Shown one piece after another: positions 7,597 through 16,486 of a stretch of DNA of 41,646 nt (positions are counted from its first letter, which is position 1; each line of letters starts with the position of its first letter). A program made the translations under genes and the position numbers. The notes under the pieces were generated by a model. It saw only the letters and a program-made list of their open reading frames with translations. It searched no databases and was not told the origin of the DNA. This DNA comes from a bacterium (lineage in GTDB: Bacteria; Patescibacteriota; Minisyncoccia; Minisyncoccales; UBA10102). Where the stretch lies: the NCBI GenBank assembly GCA_030698465.1, contig JAUYJZ010000014.1, positions 1-41,646 of the forward strand, given 5' to 3'.

Positions 7597-8874
7597 ATGG
7601 AGAAATTTGTTATCCGTGGAGGAAATCGCTTGGAAGGTGAAATTGATGTGAGAGGGGCAAAAAATGCCGCCTTTCCCATTTTGGCCGCCACCATTCTTAC
7701 CAATAAGGACTGCGTTATTCGCAACCTCCCTTTAATTGAGGATGTGTTTCGTATGCTTGAGATATTAGAGAGTATGGAGGCTAAAGTGGAGTGGATAGGT
7801 AAAAGAGCGGTGCGCATAAACACGCGCAAACTGAATCCAAGTACTGTGAACAAAGAAGCCATTTTGAGGTTCCGTGGTTCGGTCCTCTTGTATGGTCCCT
7901 TGCTTGCCAGGTTTGGCGCAGTACGCCTTCCTTTGCCTGGAGGAGACATTATTGGAGCCCGTCCCATTGATACCCATCTGGATGCATTCTCACAGCTCGG
8001 GATTGTGATAAAACCATGGCGCCAAGGATATGAACTACGCTTTTCTGGGAAAGTGAAAAACAAGATTATTGTATTAAACGAATTCTCGGTCACGGGAACT
8101 GAAAACCTTTTACTGTTTTGTGCTGCTTTAGGAGAGCGTGTCGTGGTGAAGATTGCAGACATGGATTACCAAGTGCAGGAATTAATTCACGTGCTCCAAA
8201 AGATGGGCTCCTGGGTGAGGGTTTCGGGCCTTCATGAGATAACCATACAGGGAACAAAACAACTTAAGGGATTTTCCCACACCATTATCCCGGACCCCAT
8301 TGAGGCAGGCACTTTTATTGCTCTTGCCATTGGAACCAAAGGGAAGGTATTGGTGAAAAATGTCCCTTTGCGATTCATGACATTCTTTTTAAAGAAGCTG
8401 CGTGATTTTGGGGCAAAGATTGAGATTACAAATGAGAAAGGAGGCATTGGAACCGTTATGGTTTCTCCTGCGGGCAAGCTTGTGATAGATAAGATACAGA
8501 GTTTGATTTATCCGGGCATTCCATCAGATCTACAATCGGTCTTGGGTGTGCTGGCAACCCAGAGCAAGGGCTCTACGCTCTTGCATGACCCTTTGTACGA
8601 AGGCAGGTTAAAGTATTTGGAAGAGTTAAACAAGATGGGAGCTGAAATCTACTTTACCGATCCCCACCGAGCAATCATTAACGGCCCCACCACCCTAAGG
8701 GGAACCAATCTTGGCACGTTTGACCTCAGGGGAGGTGCGGCCCTTATTCTGGCTGCTTTAATGGCAGAAGGAAAAAGCACGATTACTAACATCTACCAGG
8801 TGGACAGAGGATATGAGAGAATAGAAGAGCGTCTGCAAAAACTTGGAGCTGATATTACACGTGTTGTCAACTAA
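7597..8874 (+). CDS. murA: UDP-N-acetylglucosamine 1-carboxyvinyltransferase
   Basis: Full-length MurA similarity (GAKNAAFPILAA..., PGGDIIGARPID, DRGYERIEERL). The ORF track starts at 7585 (TTG); the first ATG is at 7597. Confidence 0.95.
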   Translation: MEKFVIRGGNRLEGEIDVRGAKNAAFPILAATILTNKDCVIRNLPLIEDVFRMLEILESMEAKVEWIGKRAVRINTRKLNPSTVNKEAILRFRGSVLLYGPLLARFGAVRLPLPGGDIIGARPIDTHLDAFSQLGIVIKPWRQGYELRFSGKVKNKIIVLNEFSVTGTENLLLFCAALGERVVVKIADMDYQVQELIHVLQKMGSWVRVSGLHEITIQGTKQLKGFSHTIIPDPIEAGTFIALAIGTKGKVLVKNVPLRFMTFFLKKLRDFGAKIEITNEKGGIGTVMVSPAGKLVIDKIQSLIYPGIPSDLQSVLGVLATQSKGSTLLHDPLYEGRLKYLEELNKMGAEIYFTDPHRAIINGPTTLRGTNLGTFDLRGGAALILAALMAEGKSTITNIYQVDRGYERIEERLQKLGADITRVVN

Positions 8875-8875
8875 C

Positions 8876-9889
8876 ATGGGACTCTTTATCTCAAAAATCG
8901 GCATTGATTTGGGCACCAAAAACTCTTTGGTGTTTGTGCCTAAAAAAGGTATCGTACTCAATGAGCCCACGGTTGTTGCGGTTTCCCTGGCTGACAACAC
9001 CATTTTGGCAGTAGGGGAGGCTGCAAAGGAAATGACAGGGAGAACTCCAGACACCATACGCGTGTATCGACCCATGAAAGATGGAGTTATTTCCGATTAC
9101 CGGGTTACCCTGGCTATGCTTCGATATTTTTTAAAAAAGGTAGTGCCAAGATATCAGTTTTTTAAACCCGAAGTGTTAATTTCGGTTCCAGCTGGCATTA
9201 CATCCACGGAACGAAGAGCGGTGATAGAGGCTACCACCAAGGCCGGCTCCCGTGCCGTCTATGTTGCAAAAGAACCCATTTTGGCAGCTATTGGAGCTGA
9301 AATTCCAATCAACTCCACTTCAGGACATATGATTGTGGACATTGGAGGAGGAACCACCGAGGTTGCGGTCATCTCTTTAGGAGGAATTGTTGCTTCCTCA
9401 TCTTTGAGGGTGGCAGGAGACAAGATGGATCAGGCAATCTCAGAATATGTGAAGCGCAAATACAATCTTGCCATTGGAGAAAATATGGCAGAAGAGATAA
9501 AAATCAAGATTGGCTGTGCCCTTCCTTTGAAACCCGAACTCACTTGCGAAGTACGGGGGCGGGACCTTGCCCAGGGACTTCCGAAAAATATCAAGCTTGT
9601 TTCCACGGAAATTGCACAGGCGTTACAGGAACCCTTGCAGGAAATTGTCATGGTTATTAAATCCTTGCTTCGAGAAACTCCGCCCGAGCTTTCAGCTGAC
9701 ATCATGGACAAAGGCATGATTATTTCAGGAGGTGGCGCCTTGCTTAAAAATCTTGACCAGCTTATTTCCCAGACTACGGGAGTCCCATGCTTTTTGGCCG
9801 GAGACCCCTTAACGTGCGTTGCCAGGGGAGCTGGAGCAGTATTGGACAATCTTGAAGTATACAAGAGAAGCATCATGGTCAAAAGATGA
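8876..9889 (+). CDS. mreB: rod-shape/actin-like protein MreB (paralog 1)
   Basis: IGIDLGTKNSLVF, DIGGGTTEVAVISLGG, ISGGGALL motifs. The start ATG lies 1 nt after the murA stop. Confidence 0.92.
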   Translation: MGLFISKIGIDLGTKNSLVFVPKKGIVLNEPTVVAVSLADNTILAVGEAAKEMTGRTPDTIRVYRPMKDGVISDYRVTLAMLRYFLKKVVPRYQFFKPEVLISVPAGITSTERRAVIEATTKAGSRAVYVAKEPILAAIGAEIPINSTSGHMIVDIGGGTTEVAVISLGGIVASSSLRVAGDKMDQAISEYVKRKYNLAIGENMAEEIKIKIGCALPLKPELTCEVRGRDLAQGLPKNIKLVSTEIAQALQEPLQEIVMVIKSLLRETPPELSADIMDKGMIISGGGALLKNLDQLISQTTGVPCFLAGDPLTCVARGAGAVLDNLEVYKRSIMVKR

Positions 9890-10596
9890 AACATCTAGAA
9901 TTGTTAGAGCGCGCATATGCACAGGAAAAGCTTGCTCATGCCTACCTTTTCTCTGGGAATGACAAGGCAGAGAAGGAACGGGTAATAGAGGGGTTTGTCC
10001 AGCTTTTGGTCGGCCCTCAAAAGAATCTGATTCAAGGGGATGTTGTAAATGTGAGTCCGGAAACAAATGAAATCACGATAGGGCAAATACGAAACCTTAA
10101 AAAACAGCTAAGCCTCAGCTCTTGGTTCTCCCCATTTCGAATCGGGATAATTCGATCTGCAGAAGCTATGAACCAAGAAGCTCAATCGGCATTCTTAAAG
10201 CTTTTGGAAGAACCAAGAGGGGATGTGATTCTGCTTTTGGAAGTCCAGCATTCCTCGCTGCTTTTAGATACCATTCGTTCTCGCACCCAGGAGTTGAGAA
10301 TGTATCGTTTTGACTCTCCACAAAAAGAAGTAGCCGGTCTGCTTCCAAAATTAAAAGGTACCTCACTTGCAGATCGCTTTGGCATTGCAGAGCGTGAGAG
10401 TCAAGATCCAAAGGCGCTCTATGAAACCTTGCTTAAAATTCAGCGGGAGGCACGAAGTCAACTTCTTGGTGAATTGCAGGAAGGAAGAGCGGAATCCTTG
10501 AGGATTCTGAAATGCATTGCAGAAGTTCTTTCCTCGCTGCGGGTAACACAAGTAAATGCCAGGTATGCCGCCGAGCGCGTTCTCCTGGAATTGTGA
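9886..10596 (+). CDS. holB: DNA polymerase III delta-prime-like clamp-loader subunit (short form)
   Basis: AHAYLFSGNDKAEK (degenerate P-loop), SAFLKLLEEP, TIRSRTQ sensor motif. Confidence 0.75.
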   Translation: MKHLELLERAYAQEKLAHAYLFSGNDKAEKERVIEGFVQLLVGPQKNLIQGDVVNVSPETNEITIGQIRNLKKQLSLSSWFSPFRIGIIRSAEAMNQEAQSAFLKLLEEPRGDVILLLEVQHSSLLLDTIRSRTQELRMYRFDSPQKEVAGLLPKLKGTSLADRFGIAERESQDPKALYETLLKIQREARSQLLGELQEGRAESLRILKCIAEVLSSLRVTQVNARYAAERVLLEL

Positions 10597-10598
10597 AT

Positions 10599-11153
10599 AT
10601 GGTAAAGGGAATCCTTGAAAAAATAAAGCCGGAATTTGTTAATGCAGTGGAATTCTTTCGTCATGAAGCGGCGAAAATTCGGACCGGCCAGGCAAGCCCT
10701 GCCTTAGTAGAGGATGTTTTGGTTGATATTGCAGGGCAACAGCTTCCGATAAGGCAGTTGGGAGGAATTTCTCTGCCTGAACGGCGTCAAATTTTAATTC
10801 AACCCTGGGATACTTCATATCTGGGTCCTATGGAAAAAGCCCTTCTCAAGGCTTCTTTGGGAACCTCTCCTGTGGTTGAGGGGAAAGTGTTGCGCATCAC
10901 TTTACCTCAAGTGACGCAGGAATACCGCCAGACTCTTCTTAAACTCTTGGCAGAGAAAGCAGAGCTATCAAAACAAACCCTAAGAAAATGGAGGGATGAA
11001 GCATGGGGAGAAATCCAGGAAAGTGAGCGAAGAGGCGATATCAGAGAAGATGATAAATTCAAGGGCAAAGAAGAGCTCCAGCGCCTTGTGGATGAATATT
11101 CTGGTAAGGTAGATGAACTTGTAGAGAAAAAGAAAAAAGAGGTTGAATTATAG
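10599..11153 (+). CDS. frr: ribosome recycling factor
   Basis: RTGQASPALVEDVLVD...ITLPQVTQEYR. The ATG is at 10599, inside the longer tracked ORF. Confidence 0.93.
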   Translation: MVKGILEKIKPEFVNAVEFFRHEAAKIRTGQASPALVEDVLVDIAGQQLPIRQLGGISLPERRQILIQPWDTSYLGPMEKALLKASLGTSPVVEGKVLRITLPQVTQEYRQTLLKLLAEKAELSKQTLRKWRDEAWGEIQESERRGDIREDDKFKGKEELQRLVDEYSGKVDELVEKKKKEVEL

Positions 11154-11156
11154 ACC

Positions 11157-12245
11157 ATGGCCCTTTTCATTGTTTTGCTAAGTTTCCTTGCCTTAATTGT
11201 TCTTCACGAACTTGGGCATTATTTTTTTGCTAAAAAATACGGGGTAAAAGTAGAAGAGTTTGGCATTGGACTTCCGCCTCGATTGATTGGAAAAAAGATA
11301 GGGGAGACTATATATTCCTTAAATCTTCTTCCCTTGGGTGCTTTTGTGCGTTTGGAAGGGGAGGAACAAGCCCTGCCTGGTCCCCGAAGCTTTAGCACAA
11401 AGCCCATATGGCAAAGAATGGTTATCGTGGCGGCAGGGGTTGTTGCCTTTTGGCTAGTAGCTTTCCTTATTTTTACCGGCCTTGGTGCAACAACCGGAAT
11501 TCCAACTGGAATTGGGGACGAAGAAACAGCCGGTGTGGCAAATCCCATAGTACAGATTCTCGGAGTGGCAAAAGGGTCTCCAGCGGAATCAGCAGGTCTT
11601 GAACTGGGAGATAGTATAGTAAAAATGACCGAGGTGGATTCGGGTGTTTCGCTTGAGCCCACCAAGGTACAGGAAGTCCAGTTCTTTACCGATAGTGCCG
11701 AGGCAAAAGAGATTCTTCTTTTGGTGAAGAGAGGAAATGAAACGAGAGAAATTGTCTTAGTGCCGAGAGCTGACCCTCCAGCTGGCGAGGGTGCCATGGG
11801 AGTTGCCTTGGTGCGAACCGGTCTGGTGAAGTATACCTGGTGGAAATCCCCCTTGCGCGCTCTTGAACGAACCTGGGCCTTAACCTTTGAGATTGTCCGC
11901 AATCTCCTGGGTTTGATTTTCAATCTGGCACAGGGAAAGGGAGTGCCAAGTGGTGTTGAAGTCATGGGCCCGGTAGGTATTGTTCAAGTCCTAACTAACT
12001 CTTTTTCCTTGGGCATAGCCCAATTTCTCTCTTTCTTTGCGGTTCTCGCTGTCTACCTTGCTATATTTAACGCTTTGCCTATTCCTGTGGTGGATGGAGG
12101 CAAACTACTGTTTTTGGCTATTGAAGCTGTTCGAAAGAAGCCCGTCCCTGAGTTTGTGGAACAGCGGCTTTCTGCGGTGGTATTCGTCCTCTTGATAACC
12201 TTGATGATTTGGGTAACCATAAAGGATATTGCACGCATTTTATGA
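11157..12245 (+). CDS. rseP: RseP/RIP-type M50 site-2 metalloprotease with PDZ domain
   Basis: HELGHYFFAKKYG (HExxH), multiple TM segments, PDZ-like middle region, LPIPVVDGG. Confidence 0.88.
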   Translation: MALFIVLLSFLALIVLHELGHYFFAKKYGVKVEEFGIGLPPRLIGKKIGETIYSLNLLPLGAFVRLEGEEQALPGPRSFSTKPIWQRMVIVAAGVVAFWLVAFLIFTGLGATTGIPTGIGDEETAGVANPIVQILGVAKGSPAESAGLELGDSIVKMTEVDSGVSLEPTKVQEVQFFTDSAEAKEILLLVKRGNETREIVLVPRADPPAGEGAMGVALVRTGLVKYTWWKSPLRALERTWALTFEIVRNLLGLIFNLAQGKGVPSGVEVMGPVGIVQVLTNSFSLGIAQFLSFFAVLAVYLAIFNALPIPVVDGGKLLFLAIEAVRKKPVPEFVEQRLSAVVFVLLITLMIWVTIKDIARIL

Positions 12246-13477
12246 AACAATCAGAACTGTTCAGTAAAACTCAGAGATCTTTCCCCAAAAATGAAGAAAG
12301 CGTGAACGCCCAGCTTCTCTTGAGGGCGGGCTATGTAGAGAAACTCATGGCGGGGGTTTATTCGTATCTGCCTTTAGGTCTTCTGGTTCTCCGCAATATT
12401 GAACGGATTGTTCGAGAAGAAATGAATGCCCTGGGCGCCGTCGAGGTGCTCTTGCCTTCATTGCATCCAAAGGAGAATTGGCAGACAACGGGCAGATGGA
12501 AAACCATGGATGACCTGTATAAGCTCAAAGACCGGGGTGGGCGGGAATTTGCGTTGGCTGGAACTCATGAAGAAGTTATTGTCCCTTTGCTTAAAAAGTT
12601 TGTGAGTTCATATAAGGACTTGCCCTTGGCGGTGTATCAGATTCAAAACAAGTTTCGCGATGAACTTCGAGCAAAGTCGGGCTTGCTGCGGGGAAGAGAA
12701 TTTTTAATGAAAGACCTATACTCTTTCCATGCCAACGAAAACGATATGCTCCAATACTACGAAAAAGTAAAAGTGGCATATCGAAACATCTTTTCTCGAG
12801 TCGGATTAAAGGCTATTGAGACCGAGGCGAGCGGAGGAACCTTTTCTGACTTCTCTCATGAATACCAAGTGCTTACCGAGGCCGGGGAAGATGAAATCAT
12901 CTATTGTGCAGGTGGGGACTATGCAGCTAACGCTGAAATAAGCCAGGCGAAAGAAGGCAAGCAATGCGACCTTGGACACGGGCCCTTAAAGAAGGCAAAA
13001 TCCATTGAGGTGGGGAACATTTTTCCCTTAAAAGACAAATACTCAAAGGCGTTTAATCTTTCTTTCAAGGATGAGAAGGGAAAGGAGCATTTGGTACAGA
13101 TGGGATGTTATGGCATTGGCCTGGGAAGATTATTGGGAACCATTGTTGAGGTGCATCATGACAAAGGAGGTATTGTCTGGCCCAGCGAAGTTGCTCCCTT
13201 TCAGATTCACCTTCTTTCTTTGTCAGGCGGGGAAAAAGCAGCAAAAAGAGCATATGAGGAATTGCAGGCAAAGGGGATTGAAGTGTTGTTTGACGACCGG
13301 GAGGCGAGCCCTGGAGAAAAGCTGACTGATGCGGACCTCTTGGGCATACCCCTTCGGTTGGTGTCGTCTGAAAAGACAGCCTCCAGTGATTCCTTTGAGG
13401 TAAAAAAAAGAGATGAGGAGAAAATTGAATTGGTAAAGAAAAAGGATTTGGTAAGCTATCTTTCAAGGCCCATATGA
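12242..13477 (+). CDS. proS: proline--tRNA ligase (short bacterial form without the INS editing domain)
   Basis: Class II motifs (FRDELRAKSGLLRGREFLMKD; GCYGIGLGRL). ATGA overlap with rseP. Confidence 0.92.
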   Translation: MKQSELFSKTQRSFPKNEESVNAQLLLRAGYVEKLMAGVYSYLPLGLLVLRNIERIVREEMNALGAVEVLLPSLHPKENWQTTGRWKTMDDLYKLKDRGGREFALAGTHEEVIVPLLKKFVSSYKDLPLAVYQIQNKFRDELRAKSGLLRGREFLMKDLYSFHANENDMLQYYEKVKVAYRNIFSRVGLKAIETEASGGTFSDFSHEYQVLTEAGEDEIIYCAGGDYAANAEISQAKEGKQCDLGHGPLKKAKSIEVGNIFPLKDKYSKAFNLSFKDEKGKEHLVQMGCYGIGLGRLLGTIVEVHHDKGGIVWPSEVAPFQIHLLSLSGGEKAAKRAYEELQAKGIEVLFDDREASPGEKLTDADLLGIPLRLVSSEKTASSDSFEVKKRDEEKIELVKKKDLVSYLSRPI

Positions 13478-14535
13478 AAAAGCTGCTGCGAAAACTCATG
13501 TCATATCTGGGCCAGGATATTGCCATTGATTTAGGTACGGCAAACTCTTTGGTGTACGTGCGGGGGAAAGGGATTGTTATCCAGGAACCCTCTGTTGTGG
13601 CTGTGAATCAAAAGACCGGGCAGATTCTAGCCATTGGAGCTGAAGCCAAAAACATGGTGGGAAGGACTCCATCTCATATTGTGGCAACCCGCCCTCTAGT
13701 AAAGGGAGTGATATCGGACTTTGAGGTGACAGAACAGATGCTTCGGTATTTCATCAACAAGGTGGCGCGGAGAAAGTTCCTATTTTCTCTGGGACCGAGA
13801 GTTATCGTGGGCATTCCTTTTGGGGTAACAGAGGTGGAAAAGAAAGCGGTCCGAGATGCCACCCTCAATGCCGGAGCTCGAGAAGTCTACCTTATCGATG
13901 AACCCATGGCAGCTGCCATTGGTTCCAGGCTTTTGGTGCAGGAAGCTGGAGGAAATTTTATTGTGGATATTGGAGGCGGGACCGCCGAGGTAGCCATTAT
14001 ATCTTTGGGGGGTATTGTAACTGCAAAGTCCCTGCGGGTTGCGGGAGATAAATTGAATGAAGATATCATTCAATTTGCGCAAGATGAATACAAACTCTTA
14101 ATTGGCGAGCGAACTGCAGAGGGCCTAAAGCTTGGCATTGGCTCTGCCCATCCTTTAAAAGAGAAAAAAGAGATGCCTTTGCGTGGCCGCAATCTGGTGT
14201 CTGGACTCCCTGAGGAAATCCTGGTGTCAGATACTGAAATTCGGAGAGCCATGGAGCGTTCCGTGCGGCAAATCGTGGGAGAAATCAAGGCTGCCGTGGA
14301 GCAGACGCCTCCTGAACTGTTGGCAGATATCATGGAAAAGGGCATTTATCTTTCGGGCGGAGGAGCTTTATTGCGGGGTCTTGATCTCCTTATCTCAAAG
14401 GAAACCAAGATACCCACGGCTATCGTAGAAGATCCTTTAACGGCCGTGGTGAGGGGAGCTGGTATGGTTTTAGAGAATCTTGATGAACTACAGGATGTAT
14501 TGGTAGAAACAGAAGATTTAGAACCACCGCGATGA
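13474..14535 (+). CDS. mreB: rod-shape/actin-like protein MreB (paralog 2)
   Basis: IAIDLGTANSLVYV, DIGGGTAEVAIISLGG, LSGGGALLRG. ATGA overlap with proS. Confidence 0.92.
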   Translation: MKKLLRKLMSYLGQDIAIDLGTANSLVYVRGKGIVIQEPSVVAVNQKTGQILAIGAEAKNMVGRTPSHIVATRPLVKGVISDFEVTEQMLRYFINKVARRKFLFSLGPRVIVGIPFGVTEVEKKAVRDATLNAGAREVYLIDEPMAAAIGSRLLVQEAGGNFIVDIGGGTAEVAIISLGGIVTAKSLRVAGDKLNEDIIQFAQDEYKLLIGERTAEGLKLGIGSAHPLKEKKEMPLRGRNLVSGLPEEILVSDTEIRRAMERSVRQIVGEIKAAVEQTPPELLADIMEKGIYLSGGGALLRGLDLLISKETKIPTAIVEDPLTAVVRGAGMVLENLDELQDVLVETEDLEPPR

Positions 14536-14658
14536 ATTTTACCCCGACCCCCAATTTTAAGTAATGTGCCGGTGCGATTTTAACGCTCGGCAGGGACGCC
14601 TCGCTAAATCGCCCGTCAAAGTACAGCAGTTTACTTTGACCCACCACGGGGTAAAATT
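14535..14658 (+). repeat. long-range inverted-repeat bracket B (AATTTTACCCCG ... CGGGGTAAAATT, 12 bp perfect) enclosing two internal stems
   Basis: Internal stems are GCGATTT/AAATCGC and GTCAAAGTA/TACTTTGAC. The left arm starts at the mreB stop and the right arm ends 11 nt before the gatC ATG. Confidence 0.7.
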
Positions 14659-14669
14659 ATTCTACAAAT

Positions 14670-14966
14670 ATGATTGAAAAAAAACAAGTACAACATATCG
14701 CACAACTTGCTCGCCTTACATTGAATGAAAAGGAAGAGGTGCAATACCAACAAGATTTGTCTCAGATTCTGGACTATTTTGATATTCTTCAGAAAGTGGA
14801 AACTAAAAGCATAGTTCCCATGACTCATGCGGTTCCCCTTGAGAACGTTGTGCGTGAAGATATTCCAAAACGCGAAAAAGCCGATGTTGTTTTAAGGATG
14901 ACTCAGCTTATGCCAATCCTCAAAGACGGATTCTTGAAGGTAAAAACGATTCTTTCTTGGAAATGA
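14670..14966 (+). CDS. gatC: Asp/Glu-tRNA amidotransferase subunit C
   Basis: VQHIAQLARLTLNEKE... is a typical GatC sequence, directly upstream of gatA. Confidence 0.9.
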   Translation: MIEKKQVQHIAQLARLTLNEKEEVQYQQDLSQILDYFDILQKVETKSIVPMTHAVPLENVVREDIPKREKADVVLRMTQLMPILKDGFLKVKTILSWK

Positions 14967-16375
14967 CCATTGCAGAACTTAGTATTGAAAAGGCGCAGGA
15001 AGGGCTTCTTTCAAAGGAGTTTTCTGCATTGGAATTTCTTGAGGAGGCCCTGAGAATTGTAGAAGAAAAAGAACCAAATCTTCACGCCTTTTTGACTCTT
15101 ACTCCAGAGCTTGCAAAGGAAGCAGCAAAAGTCACAGACGAGAAAATCGCAAAGGGCCAAAAGCTCCTAGCGCTTTCTGGCATTCCTTGCTCTGTGAAGG
15201 ACGCAATCTTGGTTCAAGGGGTGCGATGCACTGCGGCCTCCCGCATGCTGGAAAACTACATTGCCCCCTATGATGCTTTTGTGACTAAAAAAATAAAAGA
15301 GGCAGGAGTCAGCATCATGGGGAAAACTAACATGGATGAGTTCGGCATGGGAGCTTCCACAGAAAACTCCTCGTTTGGACCAACCACAAATCCTGTGGAT
15401 CCAAAGCGCGTCCCAGGAGGTAGCTCCGGGGGATCGGCAGTTTCAGTGGCAAGTTCTGAATCCATGATTTCTTTGGGTGAGGACACGGGTGGGTCTATTA
15501 GGCAGCCCGCATCCTTTTGCGGTATTGTGGGGTTAAAGCCAACCTATGGAGCGGTTTCAAGAGCCGGCATCATTTCCTTGGCATCTTCTTTGGATCAGGT
15601 GGGCTCCTTGGCAAAGAGTGCAAGGGATGCTGAAATTCTATTTCAGGTTATTCAAGGAAAAGACCCTAAAGATGCCACAAGTATTTCACCTCCCACGACG
15701 AGAAAAAAGATGAATATGAAAGAACTTCGGATTGGAATCCCCAAAGAATATTTTGCAAAAGGCTTGGACACAGATGTAAAAAAGGTTGTGGAAGGTGCCA
15801 TCCAGAAGTTTGAACAGGCAGGAGCCTCCCTTGTAGAGGTTGAACTGCCCAGTGTTGAGTATGCCCTAGCTGCCTACTATGTCATTAATACCTCTGAAGC
15901 TTCATCAAATCTGGCCCGATATGATGGTGTTCGTTACGGTTTACACCAAGAAGCCTCGAATTTATTGGGAGAGTACTTAGATTCTCGCGGGGCTGGGTTT
16001 GGTAAAGAGGTAAAGCGCAGAATTATGCTGGGCACCTATGCTCTTTCCGCAGGATACTATGACGCCTACTATGTGAAAGCCCAGAAGGTACGTTCACTGT
16101 TAAAGCAGGATTTTGAACGAGCCTTTTTAAAGGCAGACGTTCTCATGGGTCCCACGTCTCCGGTCCTGCCTTTTCGGTTTGGCGAGCGAACAAAAGATCC
16201 CTTGGCCATGTATTTGATTGATATCTATACTGTTCCGGTAAACTTGGTGGGACTTCCAGCAATCTCTCTGCCAGCGGGAACCGTGGGGAATCTCCCTGTG
16301 GGATTACAGGTTATTTCTCCCGCGTTTTCGGAGGACCTGTTATTTTCTGTGGGCAAAATGTTAGAGAAGCTGTAG
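14957..16375 (+). CDS. gatA: Asp/Glu-tRNA amidotransferase subunit A
   Basis: Amidase signature GGSSGGSAVSVA...GEDTGGSIRQPASFCG. Confidence 0.95.
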   Translation: MEMTIAELSIEKAQEGLLSKEFSALEFLEEALRIVEEKEPNLHAFLTLTPELAKEAAKVTDEKIAKGQKLLALSGIPCSVKDAILVQGVRCTAASRMLENYIAPYDAFVTKKIKEAGVSIMGKTNMDEFGMGASTENSSFGPTTNPVDPKRVPGGSSGGSAVSVASSESMISLGEDTGGSIRQPASFCGIVGLKPTYGAVSRAGIISLASSLDQVGSLAKSARDAEILFQVIQGKDPKDATSISPPTTRKKMNMKELRIGIPKEYFAKGLDTDVKKVVEGAIQKFEQAGASLVEVELPSVEYALAAYYVINTSEASSNLARYDGVRYGLHQEASNLLGEYLDSRGAGFGKEVKRRIMLGTYALSAGYYDAYYVKAQKVRSLLKQDFERAFLKADVLMGPTSPVLPFRFGERTKDPLAMYLIDIYTVPVNLVGLPAISLPAGTVGNLPVGLQVISPAFSEDLLFSVGKMLEKL

Positions 16376-16473
16376 ACCCCGCACTATTTTAATCATTCTT
16401 ATTTCGTATATTCTTTATTTATCGCAGTTCTTTGTTTCTCTTCAATACATTGCAAACGAGAATAGTGCGGGGT
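16376..16473 (+). repeat. long-range inverted-repeat bracket C (ACCCCGCACTATT ... AATAGTGCGGGGT, 13 bp perfect, 72-nt AT-rich loop)
   Basis: The left arm begins on the nucleotide after the gatA stop. It shares ACCCCGCAC with bracket D and with the mini-element at 37220. Confidence 0.7.
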
Positions 16474-16478
16474 AGACT
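16450..16478 (+). promoter_or_regulatory. promoter-like TTGCAA-17 nt-TAGACT, 8 nt upstream of ATG 16487
   Basis: Read directly. It overlaps the right arm of bracket C. Confidence 0.35.
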
Positions 16479-16486
16479 GAAAAAAG

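Noticed and set aside
11219-11965. Long antisense or alternative-frame ORFs inside well-supported genes. Examples: 11219-11965(-), 7524-8162(-), 38632-39264(-), 31808-32371(+), 32502-32999(+), 13065-13526(-), 9430-9894(-), 6931-7380(-).
   Set aside because: Each lies entirely within, or opposite, a gene with clear family-level similarity. Their translations are low-complexity or Ser/Arg/Pro-rich, as expected for shadow ORFs.
14640-14652. The CCCACCACGGGG end of bracket B as a T-box (GGGUGGUACCGCG-like) element regulating gatCAB.
   Set aside because: The match is only partial and on the wrong strand. There is no specifier-loop architecture or AGAGA/GNUGNGA boxes. The same motif also occurs at murA and next to the GIY-YIG gene.
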